Assembly: GCA_964510925.1 (NCBI GenBank)
Contig: CAZEDS010000003.1
Span: forward strand, 19,281 to 83,280
Source of the DNA: an uncultured Candidatus Saccharibacteria bacterium
Lineage (GTDB): Bacteria > Patescibacteriota > WWE3 > 2-01-FULL-39-13
Direction of reading: 5' to 3'
Length of the DNA: 64,000 nucleotides
Positions 57,363 through 64,000 of this stretch are shown in pieces. The position numbers and the translations under genes were made by a program. Each line of letters begins with the position of its first letter. The first letter of the stretch is position 1. The notes beneath the pieces were generated by a model, which saw nothing but the letters and a program-made list of their open reading frames with translations, was not told where the DNA came from and ran no database searches.

Positions 57363-59344
57363 TCATTCCACTTAACTGGCTATCAAAATACATAAAAATT
57401 GAGCATACACCTGAAGAATTGGCTTCAATACTAACAAATTTAGAGTTCATGTTAGATAAACCTATATTCACAATAAATAACCATCCGATTTTAGACTTAG
57501 AAGTTAGACAAAATAGATCAGATTGTTTTTCAATTTTAGGAATAGCTAGAGAATATGCAGCATTTTTAGGCAAAAAAGTCAGCTATCCATTAGAACAAAC
57601 TGAAATTAATACAAAATGGAATGAACCAAAAAAAATTTTGTCTGTTACCGCAAAAGATGTTGTTAAAAGATTTTGTGCAGTTGAAATAACGAATATAAAA
57701 GTTAAACAATCTCCAGATTGGCTAAGAGAAGATTTAGAAGAATACGGGATCCCAGCAATTAATAATATTGTTGATATAACAAATTATGTAATGCTCGAAT
57801 ATGGTATTCCACTACATGCATTTGATATTGCAAAACTGTCACCAAATACAGATGGCACATTGATTCAAGTTAGAAAAGCTCAAAACGGTGAAGAATTTTT
57901 AACTTGGCAAGGAACTAAAATTGAATTTAGTTCTAAGGATTTAATAATTTCAAGCGGAAATAAACCAGTTGGAATCGCAGGGGTAATTGGTGGTCAAAAT
58001 TCTGGAATTGATTCTGAAACAAATGCAATCATTCTTGAAGCGGCCTGTTATGATCATGCAACAATACGAAGAATGGCTTCAGCCTATAATTTGAGAACAG
58101 ATGCGGCATCTAGACATTCAAAAATATTAAACCCAAATATGGTAGAAAAAGCCATAAAACGAGCCTTAAAACTGATATTAGAGCTTACAGAAGGGGAAAT
58201 TACAAGCATCGAAGACTTTTATGAAGAAAAATTAAAGCCAGTTACAATAGAATTTAATCTAGTCGAAATTTCAAGACTTGGTGGTGTAGATATAGAAAAG
58301 CACGAAGTAATATCTATCTTAGAGACACTTCAATTTGAAGTTATCGAACAAAAGGAAGCAATTGGTCTAGACCAAAATATAATAATTGTAAGAGTTCCAG
58401 AATGGAGAACCGATATTAATATTCAAGCTGATTTAGTCGAAGAAGTTCTACGTCTTTGGGGATATAGCAAAATACCTGTGTTACCAATTAGAGAAGCACC
58501 AGAAGATTTTTCTACGACAAAATCAATATTGCTTGAAGATAAAATTAGAGATATTTTGACAAGTTTTGGGCTAGACGAGCATTATACAAATCCACTTGTT
58601 CAAAAAGATGAAAATAAAAAATTCCAAGTAAAACTTGAGAACCCTTTAAATCAAGATAAAAATGCACTAAGAACTTCAATTACTGAAACCTTGATTGCAG
58701 CATTTAACCAAAATATAAAATCAAATCCTAAATTAATCGGAGTTTTTGAAATAGGTAAAATTTATGCTGAAGTTAAACAAGGACAATATACAGAACAAAA
58801 AATCATTTCAACAATTTATAACAGTGCAGAATTTGGTCTAAAAGTTAAATCTGATTTGTTAGCTTTGCTGTTCAAGTTAGGAATCATAAATTCTCCAAAA
58901 GAATTAAATTACAAATCAATTGATAAAAATTGGCTATCATTGATCAAAGGGAAAATTGAAGTCGCAACATTAAGTTCAACAGGTTTTAACCTAAAAACAG
59001 AAGAGTTATTAGAATTAGTTGATCTTAATAAAATTCCTAAACTACAAATAAAAACAAAACTAACACAGAATATTATTGAAGAAATATCAATAATTACAAA
59101 CAAAGAATTAGATTTGTTTGACTTAGAAAATATGATCTACGATGCAGATCCAAGCATAATTCGTGTTTATGAATCCGATAATTTCTCAGACATATCAATT
59201 GGTGAAAATAAAATTTCGCATACAATTTCTATAGAATTTGAAAACAGTCAAAATGAGCTTACTCGTGAAAAAATTGAAGCAATTCGCTCATTAATAATAA
59301 AAAAGTTAACGACTGAAATCAGCGCAACAATCAGAGGCGAATAA
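57359..59344 (+). CDS. pheT: phenylalanyl-tRNA synthetase beta subunit (short, 661 aa)
   Basis: B3/4 domain IVDITNYVMLEYGIPLHAFD; overlaps pheS stop. Confidence 0.85.
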   Translation: MIIPLNWLSKYIKIEHTPEELASILTNLEFMLDKPIFTINNHPILDLEVRQNRSDCFSILGIAREYAAFLGKKVSYPLEQTEINTKWNEPKKILSVTAKDVVKRFCAVEITNIKVKQSPDWLREDLEEYGIPAINNIVDITNYVMLEYGIPLHAFDIAKLSPNTDGTLIQVRKAQNGEEFLTWQGTKIEFSSKDLIISSGNKPVGIAGVIGGQNSGIDSETNAIILEAACYDHATIRRMASAYNLRTDAASRHSKILNPNMVEKAIKRALKLILELTEGEITSIEDFYEEKLKPVTIEFNLVEISRLGGVDIEKHEVISILETLQFEVIEQKEAIGLDQNIIIVRVPEWRTDINIQADLVEEVLRLWGYSKIPVLPIREAPEDFSTTKSILLEDKIRDILTSFGLDEHYTNPLVQKDENKKFQVKLENPLNQDKNALRTSITETLIAAFNQNIKSNPKLIGVFEIGKIYAEVKQGQYTEQKIISTIYNSAEFGLKVKSDLLALLFKLGIINSPKELNYKSIDKNWLSLIKGKIEVATLSSTGFNLKTEELLELVDLNKIPKLQIKTKLTQNIIEEISIITNKELDLFDLENMIYDADPSIIRVYESDNFSDISIGENKISHTISIEFENSQNELTREKIEAIRSLIIKKLTTEISATIRGE

Positions 59345-59353
59345 ATAAAAATT

Positions 59354-61651
59354 TTAGCCTTCGCAATTATCTATATCAAACTTATCTGGATCACGTTCTT
59401 CATCATATTTTGGATCTAAATGCTTATAAAGTTCGCTATCATCATCTTTATATTTACTCTTTACCCAATTATCTACAGCTTCTTGCCATTCAGGTCTTTC
59501 AGCTTTATATGAAGTATATGTTCGGTCTCGAACTTCACCATCTTTACAAATTTTAACTCTTACAAAAATATCTGATTTTGCTTTTGGCTCAGTACCTTTT
59601 ATAAAATATTCTCTACGGTTTTCTTCAACATCTTCATTTGCCTGCATACCAGAGACAGTCCCAACATATTGCTCAATGACGTCTTCAGGCTTTTTAAATT
59701 CTGTGTTTGGATGATCATCTAGATAATATTGCATAGATCGATGCCAAATAGGCGCAGCTCCTGTTAAACCAGATGCTAATCGGCTATTCATTTTTTCGCC
59801 ATCATTATTTCCAACCCAAACACCAATTGCAATGTCTGGAGTAAATCCGACGGTCCAGTTATCTTTTAGATCATTTGAAGTACCAGTTTTTACTGCAACT
59901 TTGTTACCTTTAAAAGCTAGTTGAGACCCAGTACCAAAAGCCATGGCTCTAGCATTATTGTCTGATAATATATCAGTAATTATCCAAACATTGCGTGAAT
60001 CCACAACTTGTGTACCTTCGTTCTCAATAACTTTTTCGATAAGCTGACCATCTGGACTTTTAATTTCTAAAATTGGATTAACATCTTTGTATTTTCCGCC
60101 TGCAGCCAAAGATGCATAAGTATTTGCTAAGTCTAATAAACGAACTTCGCCACCTCCAAGAGTTATTGCCAATCCGTGTTTTCTAGAATCATATTTAAAA
60201 TTTAAGCCTAATGAATTTGCTGTATCAACCATATTTTGGATTCCAACCAAATCTAAAGTTTTAACTGCTGTCACATTTACAGAGTTAGCTAACGCATATC
60301 TCATTTGTATTGGTCCTCTAAAGCCCCAACCGCCATAATTTTTTGGCTCATAAATTGGCGTTGATCCGTCTACTTTAAATTCTGTTGAAACATCATAAAA
60401 AACTGAAGAGGCAGTGTATCCTTGGTTTAAAGCTGTAAGGTAAGTAATTGGCTTAAGAGTAGAACCTGGCTGTCTATAACCTGTGGCAACATTAAATTTT
60501 CCATCAATTTCATTAGAATTATAATCAATAGAGCCAACCATCGCCAAAACCCCGCGAGTTTTTGGATCAATTGCGACTAAGGCGGCATTGGATAGATCTA
60601 AAGTTTTGGCTTTTGCGACTTCTTCTTGTGCAATTTTCTCAAATTCTTTTTGAAGACCTAAATCAAGTGAAGTTTTTACACTAAAACCACTTTTTTGCAC
60701 AATATCATCACCATATTTTTCATTTAATAAATTTAATACATACATTACAAAATGTGGTGCATTAATGATTCCAGTGTTTTTAACAAATTTGAGTTCTTCT
60801 TTTGTTGCTAAATCATATTCTTCTTGAGATATATGTTGTCTTACACGATTTTTGTCGTACCAACCGTTATCTTTCATCAACTTTAAAACATACAACTGCC
60901 TGTTTTTTGCTGCCTCCGGATTTTGATATGGATTATAGTAAGTTGGTCTCTGTGGAAGCCCAGCTAATAAAGCTGCTTCAGCAAGTGAAAGATTTGATGA
61001 GCTTTTTCCAAAATAGGTTTTTGCAGCTGCTTCAATACCATAAGTAGTACCACCATATGGTATTTCATTTAAATACATTTGAATTATTTCATCCTTTGTA
61101 TAGCTATTTTCAATTTGAAGAGCAAGAACGACATCTTTTACTTTTCGAGTTAGTGTTCTATCAGATGTTAATAAAGCTAATTTTGCAACTTGCTGTGTAA
61201 GTGTTGAACCACCTTGTTTTCCGCCACCTGACAAGGTTACGTATACGCTACGCATAATTCCAAATGGGTCTATACCTTCATGGTAATAAAAGTCACCGTC
61301 TTCTGCTGCTAATGTAGCATTAATAATATAAGGTGAAACTTCATTTAGCTTAACGAGTGTTCTATTTTGATCGCCATAAACTGAATATAATAGCTCTCCA
61401 TTTCGATCATAAATTTTTGTTGATTGATCTACTGACCGATTTGTTAATCGGGAAGGGGATGGCAAAATCGAAGAAAAAGCAGTAAAAACAAAGATAACTA
61501 CGGCACAAATAGTTACAGTGCCTAAAAGTCCAAGACCAGAAATAACGGCTATCAAATATAGGAATTTCTGTCTTTTTGAAAGTTTTTTAAAACTTACTTT
61601 ATCTGTTGGAACTTTAAAAGCTGAGCCAGCTCTGTTTAATACTTTTTGCAT
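59354..61651 (-). CDS. class A penicillin-binding protein (second PBP1A paralogue)
   Basis: GT51 EDGDFYYHEGID, GGSTLTQQVAKL; transpeptidase STLKP, KTGTS. Confidence 0.85.
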   Translation of the reverse strand: MQKVLNRAGSAFKVPTDKVSFKKLSKRQKFLYLIAVISGLGLLGTVTICAVVIFVFTAFSSILPSPSRLTNRSVDQSTKIYDRNGELLYSVYGDQNRTLVKLNEVSPYIINATLAAEDGDFYYHEGIDPFGIMRSVYVTLSGGGKQGGSTLTQQVAKLALLTSDRTLTRKVKDVVLALQIENSYTKDEIIQMYLNEIPYGGTTYGIEAAAKTYFGKSSSNLSLAEAALLAGLPQRPTYYNPYQNPEAAKNRQLYVLKLMKDNGWYDKNRVRQHISQEEYDLATKEELKFVKNTGIINAPHFVMYVLNLLNEKYGDDIVQKSGFSVKTSLDLGLQKEFEKIAQEEVAKAKTLDLSNAALVAIDPKTRGVLAMVGSIDYNSNEIDGKFNVATGYRQPGSTLKPITYLTALNQGYTASSVFYDVSTEFKVDGSTPIYEPKNYGGWGFRGPIQMRYALANSVNVTAVKTLDLVGIQNMVDTANSLGLNFKYDSRKHGLAITLGGGEVRLLDLANTYASLAAGGKYKDVNPILEIKSPDGQLIEKVIENEGTQVVDSRNVWIITDILSDNNARAMAFGTGSQLAFKGNKVAVKTGTSNDLKDNWTVGFTPDIAIGVWVGNNDGEKMNSRLASGLTGAAPIWHRSMQYYLDDHPNTEFKKPEDVIEQYVGTVSGMQANEDVEENRREYFIKGTEPKAKSDIFVRVKICKDGEVRDRTYTSYKAERPEWQEAVDNWVKSKYKDDDSELYKHLDPKYDEERDPDKFDIDNCEG

Positions 61652-61770
61652 ATCAAAAATAATTCTATCACCTCCTAACTTTCGTAGTCAGGTCTTAAAA
61701 GGTGCGACCTTTAGCATACAGATACGAAGTTAAAAGATCAATCCTTATGGTAAAATATATTTCGCAATGT

Positions 61771-61857
61771 CCAAAGGTGGCGGAGCGGTCAATCGCAACA
61801 GACTGTAAATCTGTCGGGCCATGCCCTACGTAGGTTCGAACCCTACCCTTTGGACCA
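61771..61857 (+). tRNA. tRNA-Tyr (anticodon GTA), long variable arm
   Basis: Hand-folded: acceptor CCAAAGG/CCTTTGG, anticodon stem ACAGA/TCTGT with loop CTGTAAA, T-arm GTAGG-TTCGAAC-CCTAC, CCA encoded. Confidence 0.8.
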
Positions 61858-61866
61858 TTTTAAAAA

Positions 61867-63072
61867 ATGGAAAAACATACAAAACCAATCAATACATTTC
61901 TTCAAAGCGAATTTGAACAAAAAGAAAGTGCATTTTCATCATCAAATATTAGTAACAATAAAAAATTATCCAAAAAATCACTTTTTATTATAATTGGCGT
62001 TTTAAGCGTAATCTCATTAGCTTTTGTTTCTTGGTATATTTTTATAAAACCAACTAAAAATATTGACTCACCAATCACAACTGCTAATTCAAATACAAAA
62101 AAAATAGATAAAGATGCAACACCAAACCCTGAGATCGCAAATCTTACAACAGAAGAAAGTCTTACCGATAACGCAAATAATATTGGAACATCTACTATAA
62201 AAAATGGTGTTAGCGAAAAGCTTTCTTTAAAAAACAATCGTGAAGCAAAAGCGCCTTCAGACACTTCCTCAAATTTTAATATTTTAATTTTAGGAATAGA
62301 TAGAAGATCTGGAGATCAAACAAGTTGGAGAACAGATGTTATTCAACTAATAACATTAAACCCAGAACGCACACGTGCCGTTCTAACACATATTCCAAGG
62401 GATGTATGGGCAGATAAATATAAAATAAACGCTATATATAACCTTTATGGTGCTGATGCAATCAAAGACCAGGTTGAAAATGTTACAGGTCAAAGACCGG
62501 ACAGAATAATTAGAATTGATTTTGATGCATTTGTATGGGCGGTTGATTCAGTTGGAGGATTAACTATTAATGTGCCAAATTCATTCACTGATGAATCATA
62601 CCCAAACGATAGAAAAGGAAAAGATGAACTTATTTCAGTTACTTTTGAAAAAGGCGAACAAAAAATGGACGGTGAAGAAGCTCTAATTTATGCAAGATCT
62701 AGAAAAGGAACAAATGGAGAGGGGAGTGATTATGCACGTGGGCTAAGACAACAATATATTATGGAGGCGATAATTGATGATTATTTTAAGCCTGATAATT
62801 TATTTAAAGAAAAAACACCTGAAACTCTTTATAAAATCGCAACTCAAAAAGTTTATACAGATATTACGTTAGCTGATATGCCGATTCTATATAACTTATT
62901 AAAAAGCTATGCGTCATTTAAAATGGAAAAATTGAGTTTAAACACTGCAAACTATCTTGAAGTTCCTGCAAACAGATCAAACTATGGTGGTGCATGGACA
63001 TTGGTTGCAAAAAACAATGACTATAAACCAATCCATGATAAAATAAGCTCTTTGGTGAACCACAAAGAATAA
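61867..63072 (+). CDS. LCP-family (LytR-CpsA-Psr) cell-wall glycopolymer transferase
   Basis: N-terminal TM; FNILILGIDRRSGDQTSWRTDVIQLITLNPERTRAVLTHIPRDVW LCP signature. Confidence 0.8.
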   Translation: MEKHTKPINTFLQSEFEQKESAFSSSNISNNKKLSKKSLFIIIGVLSVISLAFVSWYIFIKPTKNIDSPITTANSNTKKIDKDATPNPEIANLTTEESLTDNANNIGTSTIKNGVSEKLSLKNNREAKAPSDTSSNFNILILGIDRRSGDQTSWRTDVIQLITLNPERTRAVLTHIPRDVWADKYKINAIYNLYGADAIKDQVENVTGQRPDRIIRIDFDAFVWAVDSVGGLTINVPNSFTDESYPNDRKGKDELISVTFEKGEQKMDGEEALIYARSRKGTNGEGSDYARGLRQQYIMEAIIDDYFKPDNLFKEKTPETLYKIATQKVYTDITLADMPILYNLLKSYASFKMEKLSLNTANYLEVPANRSNYGGAWTLVAKNNDYKPIHDKISSLVNHKE

Positions 63073-63205
63073 TTTGGACAACATTCAAAATATCCATAGA
63101 TATTATGAATAAGATTTGTTTATAATCTTTATTGTTACCAAATTGACAATGATAACCTTTTGAAAAAAAGATTAGGTTTGCTAAAATGCTAGTGATTTAT
63201 TTATT

Positions 63206-63949
63206 TTGGAATTATTAATGTCTGGTATTCACGTATCCATTGCTCCTGAGACTGTTTTTCATCTCTTTGAAACTATTCCTGTTAGCAATGCGGTTTTTAC
63301 AACTATAATCGTTTCCGCCTTGATGGTTTTGTTTGCTTTAGTAATAAGAGCCTCGATTACATTTTTTCCTAGCTCAATGCAAGTATTCGCAGAAGTAATT
63401 GTTGGGTCATTATATGACCTAACTGAAAACATTACAGGCGGAAATGCAAAAAAGTTCTTTCCATTTATCGCAACGTTTTTTCTTTTTATTTTGTTTTCGA
63501 ATTGGGCTGGATTGCTTCCATTACTTGGAATAGGAATCCATGAAGATGGTAAATTAATACCATTTTTAAGACCTGCAACCACGGATATTAATGGAACTTT
63601 AGCAATGGCATTGATTTCTGTTTTAACAGCTCAATATATGGGAATAAAAGAACTTGGTATCTCAATGCATATATCTAAATATATAAATTTATCTTCACCA
63701 ATAAATTTTTTTGTAGGAATTCTAGAATTAGTTGGTGAGATTTCAAAAATAATATCTTTTTCGTTCCGTCTGTTTGGAAATATCTTTGCAGGTGAGGTAT
63801 TATTATCTGTTATGTTCTTTTTATTTCCATTGATTTTGCCTTTGCCATTTTTAGGGTTGGAAATATTTGTAGGATTCATACAAGCTGCCGTATTCTCGAT
63901 ACTTACGTTAGTGTTTTTTCAAATGGCGATAGAAAAGCCACACCATTAG
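63206..63949 (+). CDS. atpB: F0F1 ATP synthase subunit a
   Basis: Conserved Arg helix SFRLFGNIFAGEVLL; 5-6 TM helices. Confidence 0.85.
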   Translation: MELLMSGIHVSIAPETVFHLFETIPVSNAVFTTIIVSALMVLFALVIRASITFFPSSMQVFAEVIVGSLYDLTENITGGNAKKFFPFIATFFLFILFSNWAGLLPLLGIGIHEDGKLIPFLRPATTDINGTLAMALISVLTAQYMGIKELGISMHISKYINLSSPINFFVGILELVGEISKIISFSFRLFGNIFAGEVLLSVMFFLFPLILPLPFLGLEIFVGFIQAAVFSILTLVFFQMAIEKPHH

Positions 63950-63976
63950 TTTAGTTATTTATTTAAATTTAAAAAT

Positions 63977-64000
63977 ATGGAATACACACAATTGGCAGCA
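63977..64000 (+). CDS. atpE: probable start of ATP synthase subunit c (3'-truncated by window end)
   Basis: ATG 28 nt after atpB stop, MEYTQLAA...; inferred from operon order only. Confidence 0.3.

Noticed and set aside
63073-63205. Sigma70-type promoter (TTGACA ... TAAAAT) for the atp operon
   Set aside because: Spacing between the TTGACA at about 63143 and the nearest -10-like hexamer is non-canonical; cannot be supported without transcript data.
1-64000. rRNA genes, CRISPR arrays, IS transposases
   Set aside because: No 16S/23S/5S-like conserved blocks, no regularly spaced repeat-spacer arrays, and no DDE/IS110-type transposase ORFs detected; the only recombinase is the serine integrase.

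Overview
This 64 kb window comes from a low-GC (about one third GC) bacterial chromosome with compact, often shortened genes (ThrRS without an N-terminal extension, a 295-aa trigger factor, a 242-aa HrcA). It carries Gram-positive-type envelope genes: two class A PBPs, a FemAB-family transferase and an LCP protein. This is consistent with a reduced-genome monoderm lineage, possibly Patescibacteria/CPR-like; that is an inference, not a database result. Supported content, in order: (i) at the left edge, a putative integrative element with a 5'-truncated large hypothetical protein, an XRE HTH regulator, several small overlapping ORFs, a 467-bp GC-elevated structured non-coding region and a large serine recombinase whose 3' end overlaps a tRNA-Gln gene. 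(ii) Housekeeping genes: two PBP1A genes (one at each end of the window), PolX, the hrcA-grpE-dnaK-dnaJ operon, ksgA, a FemAB-family gene, a UvrD-type helicase fused to a Cas4-like nuclease domain, trmD, a secreted thermonuclease, sodA, cyclophilin, a MacAB-like ABC efflux set, tig-clpP, pyrG, thrS-infC-rpmI-rplT-pheS-pheT, an LCP gene and the start of the atp operon (atpB). (iii) Sixteen tRNA genes: Gln, Lys, Arg x2, Leu x4, Pro, Gly x2, Val x3, Tyr. (iv) A five-gene carotenoid-type isoprenoid cluster (polyprenyl synthase, phytoene synthase, phytoene desaturase, UbiA prenyltransferase, polytopic membrane protein), preceded by a perfect 26-bp palindrome. (v) Several short repeat families not explained by genes: a tRNA-Leu-associated composite repeat that copies a tRNA 3' end plus trailer at three loci, GGTCTGACC-core hairpins flanking tRNA-Gly genes, and a nested palindrome abutting tRNA-Leu(CAG). 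No rRNA and no CRISPR array were found. Where one of these undescribed elements constitutes a functional 'system', that assignment is inference and flagged as such.
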